A stretch of DNA of 64,000 nucleotides. It comes from Candidatus Altimarinota bacterium (lineage in GTDB: Bacteria; Patescibacteriota; Gracilibacteria; 1-14-2-50-48-13). Below the pieces are notes generated by a model, which was given only the letters and a program-made list of their open reading frames with translations, was not told the DNA's origin and did not search any database. Each line of letters starts with the position of its first letter. Positions within the stretch are counted from its first letter, which is position 1. Made by a program: the position numbers and the translations under genes. Below, in pieces: positions 7,691-17,827 of the stretch. The stretch is taken from NCBI GenBank assembly GCA_046314355.1, contig JBKBWQ010000001.1, positions 608,001-672,000 on the forward strand, given 5' to 3'.

Positions 7691-9976
7691 CTAGAAGTCA
7701 TCTTCAGTAGCAGCAGGCTCACTCGCCGTAACATCTAAAAATACTTTTCTTGGCTTTGATCCCTCTGCAGGTCCTACAATTCCCCGCTCTTCTAAATCAT
7801 CAAGCATACGTGCAGCTCTAGAGTATCCAATCTTCAATCTTCTCTGCAGAAGACTTGTAGATGCTTTTCCTGTAGCACGCAGTACGTCGATCGCCTCTTT
7901 CAGCATACTATCCTCATCCATATCCTGTCCTTCAAAGATACTTCCCTTCAAAGTAGAATCTTCACTTGGTGCAACGACCTCATCAACATAATGAATATCA
8001 TCCATATCACTAGGAGTCAGCTTGATTGCGTTTACTACCTTTTCTACCTCTTCGGTTGGTGCAAAGACTCCTTGAATTCGCTTTGGATCATTACCATTAC
8101 CAGGCATAAAGAGCATATCTCCTTTTCCAAGAAGATCTTCAGCTCCAATCATATCTAATATAGTTCTTGAGTCCACAAGGCTTGATACCCGATATGCTAT
8201 TCTAGCAGGAATATTTGCCTTGATAAGACCTGTAATAACATCTACTGATGGTCTTTGCGTTGCAACTACAAGATGCATTCCCACAGCACGTGCAAGCTGA
8301 GCAATACGGCAGATATATCCTTCTATGGTCTTCTTATCTCCAGTCATCATCAATTCCGCAAGCTCATCTATGATACAGACGATATGAGGCATCTTTTTAT
8401 CTGGGCTAACTTTTGCATTATACTCAGCTCTATTTCGCGCACCCACACTTTCTAGTTCATTGTAACGCCTCATCATTTCTGTCACACACCACTTTAAAGC
8501 ATTTACCGCCTTATCAACTTCCGTAATTACCGGAGTCAAGAGATGCGGAATATTATTATATACCTTTAACTCCACTCTCTTCGGATCCACAAGGATCAGT
8601 CTAAGATCCCTTGGTGAGTTCTGATAAAGAAGACTTACAATAATAGTATTGATACCCATAGATTTTCCTGACCCCGTCTGTCCTGCCACAAGGAGATGAG
8701 GCATGCTTGCAAGATCAGCAATAACAGGAGATCCACTTACATCTTTTCCTAAAGGAATACGCAGATTTGCTTTTAGAGAATAAAAGCTGTCTGAAAGTAG
8801 AAGCTCTTTTAAGCGAACGTTTGAACGCTTTTCATTCGGCATTTCAATACCAACATATGATTTGCCTGGGATAGGGGCTTCTATTCGGAGCGACTCAGCT
8901 GCAAGTGCAAGTTTAAGATCATCTCTAAGACTTGTGATCTTTGAAAGCTTCACATCCTCCGCCGGCTGAAGTGAATACTGCATAACAGTAGGTCCCACTT
9001 TTACATCTTTTACTTTCACCGTTACACCAAACTGTTCAAGCTTATCTTCAATCTTCTTCGCATTATCTCTCAAGTATCCATCATCTAAATGCACCTCTTC
9101 ATCAGGATCATCTAATAAGTCCACACTTGGAAATTCCCATTTAAAGTTTTCATCAATAGTTGCATTAATATCAATCATATCCTTTTCTTTTTTCTTATGG
9201 AGCTTTGCAGCAGCATCCATCACGTTCATATTACTATCTTTAAATACAGGAGTGATTTTTGCCGTATGAACAGTAAATTCATCTTTTTTTGCTACAGGAT
9301 TTCTTTTTTGAAATACCTCAGTAGCAGCTTTGATAACGTCTTTTGTAAGTAGAGTGCCTCTTTCTAAAGACGTATCCATTTCTTTTGTAAATATATCCTC
9401 GACTGAACTCTCAAGCTCTCTTTTCCGCGCGCTATCATGCAGCATCGAAATAACCTCTTTAATAGAATATTCAAGCGTCAAGACGGCACCGATAAGTATC
9501 ACTGCCCACAATATATATCTCGATGCTTCACTAAATGCACTATAAAGAAGAAATCCTACTATGAATCCTAGATATCCTCCATTTTCAGTAATATGTGCAA
9601 GTGTCATCTGATTGATACCTGCATCAACTTGCACAAGACCTAAACAACCAAGAAAGAAAAGACAAAGACCCGCAACTCTAGCACTATTGAATGGAACTTC
9701 TTTCAAAAAAAAGATTAGTACTGCAAGTATACTAAATACAGATATAAATAAGTATATTCCCCATATTCCTACAAGATTCTTTAAGAATCCGATCCACATA
9801 TCTCCTACTGGACCAGCAGATCCCTGAAGTCCGAGAAATGTAAGAAACACAAAGACAAGATAGAAAATACCTACAATTTCACGTGTAAGCTTTCCGTCAA
9901 TTTCTATATGTAAAGGATTTCCTGCTTCAGATTTGAGACGTTTCTTAGCCGGGGTTCTTCTACGGCGTTTGGTCAT
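7691..9976 (-). CDS. ftsK: DNA translocase FtsK/SpoIIIE
   Basis: 4TM N-terminal domain, MPHLLVAGQTGSGKS, IDELAELM, ATQRPS, gamma domain STSLLQRRLKIGYSRAAR. ATG at 9976 preferred to TTG at 9991. Confidence 0.96.
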   Translation of the reverse strand: MTKRRRRTPAKKRLKSEAGNPLHIEIDGKLTREIVGIFYLVFVFLTFLGLQGSAGPVGDMWIGFLKNLVGIWGIYLFISVFSILAVLIFFLKEVPFNSARVAGLCLFFLGCLGLVQVDAGINQMTLAHITENGGYLGFIVGFLLYSAFSEASRYILWAVILIGAVLTLEYSIKEVISMLHDSARKRELESSVEDIFTKEMDTSLERGTLLTKDVIKAATEVFQKRNPVAKKDEFTVHTAKITPVFKDSNMNVMDAAAKLHKKKEKDMIDINATIDENFKWEFPSVDLLDDPDEEVHLDDGYLRDNAKKIEDKLEQFGVTVKVKDVKVGPTVMQYSLQPAEDVKLSKITSLRDDLKLALAAESLRIEAPIPGKSYVGIEMPNEKRSNVRLKELLLSDSFYSLKANLRIPLGKDVSGSPVIADLASMPHLLVAGQTGSGKSMGINTIIVSLLYQNSPRDLRLILVDPKRVELKVYNNIPHLLTPVITEVDKAVNALKWCVTEMMRRYNELESVGARNRAEYNAKVSPDKKMPHIVCIIDELAELMMTGDKKTIEGYICRIAQLARAVGMHLVVATQRPSVDVITGLIKANIPARIAYRVSSLVDSRTILDMIGAEDLLGKGDMLFMPGNGNDPKRIQGVFAPTEEVEKVVNAIKLTPSDMDDIHYVDEVVAPSEDSTLKGSIFEGQDMDEDSMLKEAIDVLRATGKASTSLLQRRLKIGYSRAARMLDDLEERGIVGPAEGSKPRKVFLDVTASEPAATEDDF

Positions 9977-10051
9977 GCTGATATAGAACAAAAGAAAAAA
10001 TAGATGTGTGTACTATACTTAAACTAATGAGTAATTGCAATAAAAGTACTC

Positions 10052-10951
10052 TTATATAAGGACCTTTGAAAGTTTTATAAATCCTTCTTCTGCAATACCG
10101 ATAGCGAGGAGCTCATCCTTCATATTCTTTAATTGAATATTAGTGTTATTTTCATAAGAAGTAGGTAATTGAGGCTGGACTCCATAGACAAGACCTTGTT
10201 CAATTTCATCAGACACAATAACCTTACACATGTTTAATTGTATTTCCCTGAGCGGTATTAGGAGATTGTCTATATCTTGTCTCGTCATGTCTAGAACTGT
10301 ACATTTGTCGTCTAGACGGTATGTGTCTACTGATACTCTTCTTAGCTCCTTCACATATGCACCAACCCCTAAAGCAATTCCGATATCATAGCCTAAGGAA
10401 CGAATATATGTGCCTGTACTACATGCAACTTCAAGCTCTAAATAAGGCTCATTATAGGACAAGATTTTTATGTACTCTATATGAATTCTGCGAGTAGGCA
10501 TTTTTATATCGTGACCTTTTCTTGCTCCTTTATATGCTCTTTTACCATCTATTTTTATTGCAGAAAATTTAGGTGGAATCTGATCAATGTCTCCCACAAA
10601 AGTAGGCAGTATTTTTTCAATAGCTGCTACATCTATACATGAGGTATCTGCATATTCAGTAATAGTTCCTTCAGGATCATAAGTAGTACTTACCTTTCCT
10701 AGATGAAGGGTAGCTGTATATACCTTCGGGAGTCCTTGCAGATATTCTACCAATCTGACTGCTTTCCCAAGAGCAAGGACAAGCAATCCCGTAGCAAAAG
10801 GATCAAGAGTGCCTATATGTCCCACCCTCTTCTCTCCGGTCAACTTACGCATAAATGACACCATATTAAAAGAAGTTTTCCACTTCGGTTTATCCACTAG
10901 TATTATACCGTCCAATTGATTTAAATAACGAAAATAAAAAGGAAGCCCCAA
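10052..10951 (-). CDS. truB: tRNA pseudouridine(55) synthase (true start possibly about 10915)
   Basis: GIILVDKP, GHIGTLDPFATGLL, PPKFSAIKIDGKRAY and CSTGTYIRSL motifs. Confidence 0.95.
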   Translation of the reverse strand: MGLPFYFRYLNQLDGIILVDKPKWKTSFNMVSFMRKLTGEKRVGHIGTLDPFATGLLVLALGKAVRLVEYLQGLPKVYTATLHLGKVSTTYDPEGTITEYADTSCIDVAAIEKILPTFVGDIDQIPPKFSAIKIDGKRAYKGARKGHDIKMPTRRIHIEYIKILSYNEPYLELEVACSTGTYIRSLGYDIGIALGVGAYVKELRRVSVDTYRLDDKCTVLDMTRQDIDNLLIPLREIQLNMCKVIVSDEIEQGLVYGVQPQLPTSYENNTNIQLKNMKDELLAIGIAEEGFIKLSKVLI

Positions 10952-11003
10952 TGGAACTTCCTTTTCACTATAAAAGATTTAGAGCCTCTCTTCAATATAA
11001 GCT

Positions 11004-11492
11004 TTATTTTTTAGACTGAGGCTTCGCAGAAGTCTTTTTTATAGCAGTCGTTGCTTTGTTTTTTGCAGCATTAACTGTTTTATTAGCTTTAGCAGCAAGA
11101 GCCTTTCCTTCTGTCATTGCTTCTGCCTTGACCTCTTCTTTTCCTTCTTCGAAACGAACCCTAAGTTCTTCCCACTGATCTTCAAAGTTTGTTCTCATTT
11201 CAAGCATCTTTTTCTGTGCCTGCTTGTAAAGATCTTCAAACTTTTCATTAGCCATCTCCTTGTATTCCTCAACTAACTCTGATGACCGTACTTCTGTGGC
11301 AATCTTCTTAGCTTCGTCTCCAAGACCTTTCAGTTCCTGTAAAAGAAGATCTGAAAGATTATCCTTATTCTTAATAGCCTGATAAAAGTCCTTTCGAACC
11401 TCGGAACCCTTTCTTTTGGCAGTAAAAAGAGCAAAGATACCTCCCAACACTGTACCAAAGATAAAACTGAAAAATCCTATTCCTTTTTTCAT
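11004..11492 (-). CDS. YtxH-domain protein
   Basis: FIFGTVLGGIFALFTAKRKGSEVRKD matches the YtxH N-terminal pattern; followed by a charged helix. Confidence 0.75.
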   Translation of the reverse strand: MKKGIGFFSFIFGTVLGGIFALFTAKRKGSEVRKDFYQAIKNKDNLSDLLLQELKGLGDEAKKIATEVRSSELVEEYKEMANEKFEDLYKQAQKKMLEMRTNFEDQWEELRVRFEEGKEEVKAEAMTEGKALAAKANKTVNAAKNKATTAIKKTSAKPQSKK

Positions 11493-11538
11493 AGTGGTTA
11501 TTGGGTAATGAAATAAACGTCATTAGGTAGTATATAAA

Positions 11539-11568
11539 AAAAAGAAGCCTTTGGAAAGGCTTCTTTTT
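11539..11568. terminator. Intrinsic terminator after secD
   Basis: AAAAAGAAGCCTTT-GG-AAAGGCTTCTTTTT. Confidence 0.8.
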
Positions 11569-11581
11569 ACTACTATCTTTA

Positions 11582-14014
11582 TTAATCTTTTTTCTTATTG
11601 ATCATTCCAACAGGAAGAATTCTTTTACCAAATTCCGTTGTTGCAAAGATCTGAAGACTAATACGCGTTACCCAAACTGCCGTAAAGAGACTAAGCAAGA
11701 TACCTATCAAGAGGAATACTGCAAACCCTTTTACCTGATCTGTACCAACAAGGAAAAGCAAGAGGGCCGTAATAATACTTGAGACATGAGAATCTCGAAT
11801 AGCTGGCCAAGCTCTTTCAAAAGATCTTTTAATATTTGTACTAAGATTACCACCTTCTGTAAGCTCTTCTTTAAGTCTCTCAAACTGGAGGATATTACCA
11901 TCTACAGCCATACCAATCGATAGGATAATCGCTGCAGCACTTGATAATGTTAGGTTAAATCCAGGAAGAAGCTTAATAAATGCAAGGAATAAAATCGCAT
12001 ATATGAGAAGCGCAATCATTGCAATCACACCTGCAGCTCTATAAAGATAGATAATATATATAGTAAGGATAAGGAACCCAACACATGCAGCAATAATACT
12101 CTTCTGAAGAGCATCTGCTCCAAGCTCAGCTCCCACAACTTCCTCACCAGATATAGAAATCGGTGCTGGAATTGCTCCTGTATTGAGATCTCTAGCAAGC
12201 GCAATAGCACTCTGAGGCGTAAAGTTACCTTCAATTACTGCATTTCCTCCTGTAATCTTATCGTTTACTGTAGGTGCAGAGATGAGAGTACCACCGACAA
12301 AGATAGCCACCTGCTTTCCTTTATACTTTTCAGTTATATTTGCGAAGAGGTCTCCACCTTCCTTATTAAATTTGATAGAAACAACTGGATCAAGTCTATT
12401 CTGATAATACTGAACATCAGCACTATCGAAGTATTCTCCGGTAAGCTGTTTGCCGTCTACTACTGCCGGCATCCATGGGTCAGGAATAGTTGAATAAAGT
12501 ATCTGAGAATATGCATACTTAGTTTCTTCTCTAAGTGCCTTCATCGCTTCTGTTGCTCTCGTCTTTGCTTCATCTTTACTTCTTGTCTCAGAAGCACATG
12601 ACGCATCTTTTGCACCAGCATAACATACCATGATCTGATTCATTTTTGCCCAAGTAGCAGAAGCAGGTTTTGTATTAGTCTTCATAATTATATGATAACC
12701 AAACTCAGTTTCCACTACGCTTGAAACCTCACCATCTTTAATGGAAAAAGCTGCATCCTCGAAAGGTTTTACCATTGCTCCTTTAGCAAAGAATCCCAAA
12801 GTACCACCAGCACTTGCAGAACCATCCTCAGAATTTTCTTTAGCAAATTCAGCAAATTTAGAAGGGTCTGCCTTAAGCTTAGCAGCTAAATCCTCTGCCT
12901 TTGCTTTTGCGGCAGCATTATTTGTATCCACTTTCTTATTTGCCTCGGCAATCTTAGCATTTTCTTCAGTTATCTTCTTTTTATCATCCTCAGTCGCTGC
13001 AGCTGGAATAGTCTTAAGTTCTGCTCTAGGTTCTGTTCTAAGCAAGATATGTGATGCCTCAATCTGCTCGCTGCCCTCAGCAAGCTTCTGAGTCATTGAA
13101 AGTACAACCATACCTTCGTCAGCTTCAACTACATCAGATACCTGTCCTTGCTGCATAGCAGTAGATCCAGTAAGAGCATTCTTAAGATATGCTGGAAGTG
13201 CTCCATTATCAGATTTTACAAATCCAAGATCACTTTCTTTTGCGTTATTATATTTCTTTGCAACATCTGCAAATAGCTGACCATTCTTAGGATAACTTCG
13301 AAGTTCAGTACTTACATTATCAAGCTTTACAATAACATATCCCTGTTCTGCGCTCTGTAGAGCAGAATCATCTATAAGTTCTCCAATAATCTCTCCTGCT
13401 TTTGCCTTTGTGATCTTATCCTTTATAGTTGCAGGAAGCTCATCAAGAAACTGTGCTTTTTTAGTAGTTGCTACTTTTCCTTCATTTCCATTAGTCTTTT
13501 CCTCAGCTATATTCTGAAATTTATCTGGAGCAGCCTTTACTGCAGCAAGAGTTGCCTCAGCATCCTTCTTTACTACATCCTTTTCTCCGCTATCAAGAGA
13601 CGGCTTTGGTACCTTGAATTCAAGCTGTATTGTCTTACCAATAGTCTTTTTTGCCGCTTCCACATCACTTACACCCGCGAGCGTAACCTTAATATGATCC
13701 TCATTACCAATAGTACTTAATACAATATCCGGCTCAGAAACTCCTAAAGCATCCACTCGGTCGTGGATTACCTTTTTAATACCCTGAAGTACCTGATTTT
13801 TTTTGTCAGAAGTAATCTTTGAAGTATCAATCTTATAATCAAGCTCAACTCCTCCTGCAAGATCAAGACCTTTGCTTATTTGCTTATTTGTCGCAAATTT
13901 TAGAAACCCTGGAGTAAATTGATCAATTCCTTTTTTCCATGAAGCTGGTAGAGCTATAAATAACGCAAGTAGCGCCAGTAGTAGTACGAGGGTGAATTTT
14001 CCTTTGAGCGACAT
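11582..14014 (-). CDS. secD: Protein translocase subunit SecD with inserted parvulin (PpiC) PPIase domains
   Basis: GLDLAGG, RVDALGVSEP, ISAPTVNDKI, GMAVDGNILQFERLKEE; insert containing ASHIL...SEDGSASAGGTLGFF...FEDAAF...ETEFGYHII. Confidence 0.93.
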   Translation of the reverse strand: MSLKGKFTLVLLLALLALFIALPASWKKGIDQFTPGFLKFATNKQISKGLDLAGGVELDYKIDTSKITSDKKNQVLQGIKKVIHDRVDALGVSEPDIVLSTIGNEDHIKVTLAGVSDVEAAKKTIGKTIQLEFKVPKPSLDSGEKDVVKKDAEATLAAVKAAPDKFQNIAEEKTNGNEGKVATTKKAQFLDELPATIKDKITKAKAGEIIGELIDDSALQSAEQGYVIVKLDNVSTELRSYPKNGQLFADVAKKYNNAKESDLGFVKSDNGALPAYLKNALTGSTAMQQGQVSDVVEADEGMVVLSMTQKLAEGSEQIEASHILLRTEPRAELKTIPAAATEDDKKKITEENAKIAEANKKVDTNNAAAKAKAEDLAAKLKADPSKFAEFAKENSEDGSASAGGTLGFFAKGAMVKPFEDAAFSIKDGEVSSVVETEFGYHIIMKTNTKPASATWAKMNQIMVCYAGAKDASCASETRSKDEAKTRATEAMKALREETKYAYSQILYSTIPDPWMPAVVDGKQLTGEYFDSADVQYYQNRLDPVVSIKFNKEGGDLFANITEKYKGKQVAIFVGGTLISAPTVNDKITGGNAVIEGNFTPQSAIALARDLNTGAIPAPISISGEEVVGAELGADALQKSIIAACVGFLILTIYIIYLYRAAGVIAMIALLIYAILFLAFIKLLPGFNLTLSSAAAIILSIGMAVDGNILQFERLKEELTEGGNLSTNIKRSFERAWPAIRDSHVSSIITALLLFLVGTDQVKGFAVFLLIGILLSLFTAVWVTRISLQIFATTEFGKRILPVGMINKKKD

Positions 14015-14061
14015 AAGATCAGTTAAGCAATAAGGAGTAAAGATGGTTTTAATACTAGATG

Positions 14062-14089
14062 AGTCTATCTATCTTTTCAGGATTGTCAA
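14062..14089 (-). promoter_or_regulatory. Sigma70-type promoter for secD
   Basis: Minus strand TTGACA-16 bp-TAGACT. Confidence 0.5.
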
Positions 14090-14160
14090 AAAAACTCGCT
14101 CCAGGAATGAGAATACGTAGAAAATAGGGTTGACTAAACATTCAGTATATTTTTATTTAC

Positions 14161-15267
14161 CTATCTTTTTATCTTCCGTATTTTTTTGAGAAATTTTGCT
14201 ATTTTTACCAAAAGAAACCACATAGGTTTTACTCTTATTTCAAAAGTTCCAACGAAACCTCGCTCCTGTCCGCCAAACTTTCTTTTAAACTCTGTTACTC
14301 CGGCAAGAGCAGCATCATTTTCTGCACTTCCAATACCAAGAAAGTCATAGATCTTTGATCCCAAAACCTCTTTCGCATAAGTAATAGCTTTCCATTGTAC
14401 CAGATAAGGTGCCATAAGCTGGCGGTACTGATGAAGAGAAGCTCCATAGTAATAGATACATGCATCAGAAGTATATGTGAATATTCCTCCGCCGATCCAT
14501 TCATCTCCATGTTTAGATAAAAGTAAAAATGCATGCTCAGAGCCAAGAGTTCTGAGGAAATTTTCAAAATACTCTCTACTATGTACTGAGAAACCGTCCC
14601 TCTTTCCAGTTTCATAAATCATATCAGAAAATAGCCCCACTGGATCTATAAGCTCATCAGTATACTCCATACCACTAAGCTTAGTTAGTCTCTGATCTTT
14701 ATATTCCCATCCAAACACCTCTACACCCTTTTTTTCTGCAAGACGAATATTATATCTTCCTTTTGAATGCATTTGCGCTAAGATCTCATCTTTTGTAGGA
14801 GTAAGATCGAGTACAAGTGTCTTCTTGGGATGAAAAGACTTGTGAGCTTTTGCATAAGAAAAAAAAGAGACGGTCTCAGATGATTCAGCAATAGCAGGGT
14901 CAAACCTAATCCAGACTGCATCTTTTTCAATCCTTTTTACCTCCTCAAAGAACGTTTTTAGATATTCCCGATCTTTCCATTGGAACAAGGGACCTCTTGA
15001 GAAATAAAGCCAATACTTCCTCCTCAAAAGAGGATATCTATATCCCATACTTCCAATAAGTATCTGACCCGTATGCTTCTCTCTCAAAAGATAAAGACCT
15101 ATACCATCTTTTGGTATAAGTGTTTTGATAAAATCCGCCCACACAAGGTTCTGATATAAAAACCCTTTTGTTTCAGGAATACTCTCTATAAATAACTGCC
15201 ATTCCTTTTTCTGGGAAGCAGTAAGGGTAGATAACGGTTTATATATAAGTTCCGTCATAATTATCAA
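14161..15267 (-). CDS. FemABX-family peptidoglycan bridge aminoacyltransferase
   Basis: RGPL, KGRYNIRLAEKKGV, YYYGAS, PYLVQW, YDFLGI and GVTEFKRKFGG motifs. Confidence 0.92.
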   Translation of the reverse strand: MIIMTELIYKPLSTLTASQKKEWQLFIESIPETKGFLYQNLVWADFIKTLIPKDGIGLYLLREKHTGQILIGSMGYRYPLLRRKYWLYFSRGPLFQWKDREYLKTFFEEVKRIEKDAVWIRFDPAIAESSETVSFFSYAKAHKSFHPKKTLVLDLTPTKDEILAQMHSKGRYNIRLAEKKGVEVFGWEYKDQRLTKLSGMEYTDELIDPVGLFSDMIYETGKRDGFSVHSREYFENFLRTLGSEHAFLLLSKHGDEWIGGGIFTYTSDACIYYYGASLHQYRQLMAPYLVQWKAITYAKEVLGSKIYDFLGIGSAENDAALAGVTEFKRKFGGQERGFVGTFEIRVKPMWFLLVKIAKFLKKIRKIKR

Positions 15268-15719
15268 GAGCGAAATATAAATGAATCACCAACCTTACTA
15301 CCTTTCTCAATAGCATAGTTTGCCATCGCATCTGCTGCCGAATTAAGATGTCTTAACACATGAGAAAATTCTACTTCAGCATCTTTTGTTTCTTCAACCA
15401 CTAAATCATGAAGTCTCTTCATTTCACTATTTTTAATTTTATACTCCCCTTTCATTTGCTTTGTAACAAGTTCACTATCTAAATAGCAGTGGATTTTCTG
15501 TGGTTCAAACTCCTTTGCTCTTCTTAAAGCTAATAATAGTCCTGTGTATTCCGCCTGGTTATTTGTCTTTTCACCAAGATATGTTCCCTGCTTTAGAATT
15601 TCTTTACCAGTCTTTGTGTCAGACAATACAAATCCGCAAGAAGCTCTTCCTGGATTTCCCTTGGATGCCCCATCACAGTAGAGGGTGATTTCATTTAAAG
15701 ATTTACTTTTGGGCGCCAT
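15264..15719 (-). CDS. rnhA: Ribonuclease HI
   Basis: DGASKGNPG, TNNQAEY, DSELV and NSAADAMAN motifs. Confidence 0.93.
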   Translation of the reverse strand: MAPKSKSLNEITLYCDGASKGNPGRASCGFVLSDTKTGKEILKQGTYLGEKTNNQAEYTGLLLALRRAKEFEPQKIHCYLDSELVTKQMKGEYKIKNSEMKRLHDLVVEETKDAEVEFSHVLRHLNSAADAMANYAIEKGSKVGDSFIFRS

Positions 15720-15777
15720 GAAGCGTGAATTGAAATGATAGTAATAAATATTCTGGGAAATAGTCCATAAGCTCGCT

Positions 15778-15807
15778 TTGACCCTTGTTTCTCCAATGTG
15801 ATAGAAT
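15778..15807 (+). promoter_or_regulatory. Promoter for the type IV pilus operon
   Basis: TTGACC-18 bp-TAGAAT with an extended TG. Confidence 0.5.
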
Positions 15808-15842
15808 AATACTGATACAGACGTAAAATACTAGTCAAACCT

Positions 15843-16682
15843 ATGAAAAAGCAAGATAAAATAGATGGACAAAATCCTAACCAGATTTTTAACACCAACT
15901 TTCATTCCGAAGTACACGGAAAGAAAAGAAAGCGTGCATCTTTGGCTCTTCCAGCATATAACATACCTCTCATATTATGGGGAGGAGTAATTTTTCTTAT
16001 ACTCTCACTACTTTTCTCTACTTTTTTCATACTAAGGGTAAGCCCTAGAGGAGAAAATATCATGGGAAGTCTCTCACTAAGCAGGCTGATAAGTCAGGAA
16101 AGACAAAACCGCCAGGTACTTGAGTCTAAAGTAGCAGAAACAAAAACAACTCTTTCAGATACAGGAAAAGATATTGATAAACTCCTTATATCAAGTTCGC
16201 TAGATAGTCTTCCCGAACTTGCAGTAGCACGAGAGCTTTTTACAAAAAAAATTAATTGGTTTAGAGCATATGTAGGAATAGATCAGACCATTAAGCAAAT
16301 TGTAGCTGCTAATGATATCTTAAAAAAGATCACAATTGGATCTATCAGCTTTGATCAGGCAAATAAAAAAGTCCTGCTGGAAAATGTCAGAGCTTATGGC
16401 ACATACTACGGAGTAAACGAAGATCAAAAGTCAGGATCAAGTATTTCACTTGCTGCAGGTATCGTAGATGCATTTGAGCAGTCCAGCTATTTTAAAGATA
16501 TCAGTGTTGATGAGTATACTAGAAGGCAGGAGCTTGGCAGCGGCGCGCTACTCACAGAATTTTTCACTCCTATTATACTCCATGCAACTCTTCAGGATCC
16601 TGATGAGAGTAATGCTAAAGATAAGAAGACAAATATAGAACAGGAGATCAATAGTCTCAAAAAAAATCCCTCTGACTCTTAA
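15843..16682 (+). CDS. PilN-like type IV pilus alignment protein
   Basis: TM, coiled coil, KKINW...ITIGSISFD...FEQSSYFKDI pattern; first gene of the operon containing pilB. Confidence 0.55.
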   Translation: MKKQDKIDGQNPNQIFNTNFHSEVHGKKRKRASLALPAYNIPLILWGGVIFLILSLLFSTFFILRVSPRGENIMGSLSLSRLISQERQNRQVLESKVAETKTTLSDTGKDIDKLLISSSLDSLPELAVARELFTKKINWFRAYVGIDQTIKQIVAANDILKKITIGSISFDQANKKVLLENVRAYGTYYGVNEDQKSGSSISLAAGIVDAFEQSSYFKDISVDEYTRRQELGSGALLTEFFTPIILHATLQDPDESNAKDKKTNIEQEINSLKKNPSDS

Positions 16683-16693
16683 AAGCTATTACT

Positions 16694-17827
16694 ATGCAAT
16701 TACCAATTTCAAAAATACAATCAATACGTATCATCTCCATCTCTTGTTTTGTCATAGGTGCCCTTTTTATAGTAAATATATTTACAGGATGGTTTATAAA
16801 AGCTCCTTACTGTGGGACATTTGTTGATCCCTGTACATTCTGGAGAAGCTATCTCTACCTCTCTTCCCAGGCACATAATACACATGCACTGGATGAAAAT
16901 GCTCTGGCACAGATTTTTTTAAGAGAAAAAGAACGCTTTCTCAAGGATCAGGAGAATAATGTTTATACAAATAAGCTTGTACAGCAGTTTAAAAATTCTA
17001 TTATCAGCAAAGAAAAAATAGCTGAAGTAATGAATACTTTTGCAAATCAGGAAAAGATAAAAGAATTCCGGGATCAGCCTTCTATCACTGAGGAACAGAT
17101 GGGTCTTGTTAGTATGTATGCTTATTCTACAGTTGCAAATACGTTTCAGAAGTACTTAGATAGTGCAAAAAATAGTCTTGTGGAAAAGAATGTAAAAATA
17201 TTAGGCAAGATTATGCCTACATCAGTCAACCTTAATGATTATGTCCGTTTCTTTGATAGACTACAGGAGAATATCAATACTCCTCAAAAACCATTCATAT
17301 TTGAAAATATTAGCGTCAAAGAAGGTACCATCTCCACTGAATATTATGACACCGTAGATATCTCATTTCTCTTAAAGACAACTAATGACAATTTAAAAGA
17401 ATTTTTGAAAGGTATTTATGACAGCGGTAACCTTCCGATACTCTCTCTCGATAATAATCCCCTATTTCCTTTTGTTGAAGTAAACCAGATAAAAGTTACT
17501 TTACCAAAGGATGATATTGCAACTTCATCAGGAGCTATACTTACGTCTGAGATGAAGCTTACAGCTTATATCAAAGCAGTATCTGAAAATAGTATTACAA
17601 CGATACAGACAGAAATTAAAGAACTGGAGGACAAAATCACTACAGCAGATAAGATTGCAGATTTTACAGAAGATAAGCGCATAAAAAAAGAAAGTCTGGT
17701 ACAATATATAGACAGCTATAAAACAGAATATGCTAATGCAGTCGCAAGCAAAAATCTCAGAAAAGCACTGTCAGCTCTACAAAATATTAAAGAACTCACC
17801 TCTGAGCTCTACACCCTCTACCTATGA
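16694..17827 (+). CDS. PilO-like type IV pilus alignment protein
   Basis: TM, coiled coil, KIMP...DYVRFFD...NLKEFLKGIY pattern; lies between the PilN-like gene and pilB. Confidence 0.5.
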   Translation: MQLPISKIQSIRIISISCFVIGALFIVNIFTGWFIKAPYCGTFVDPCTFWRSYLYLSSQAHNTHALDENALAQIFLREKERFLKDQENNVYTNKLVQQFKNSIISKEKIAEVMNTFANQEKIKEFRDQPSITEEQMGLVSMYAYSTVANTFQKYLDSAKNSLVEKNVKILGKIMPTSVNLNDYVRFFDRLQENINTPQKPFIFENISVKEGTISTEYYDTVDISFLLKTTNDNLKEFLKGIYDSGNLPILSLDNNPLFPFVEVNQIKVTLPKDDIATSSGAILTSEMKLTAYIKAVSENSITTIQTEIKELEDKITTADKIADFTEDKRIKKESLVQYIDSYKTEYANAVASKNLRKALSALQNIKELTSELYTLYL

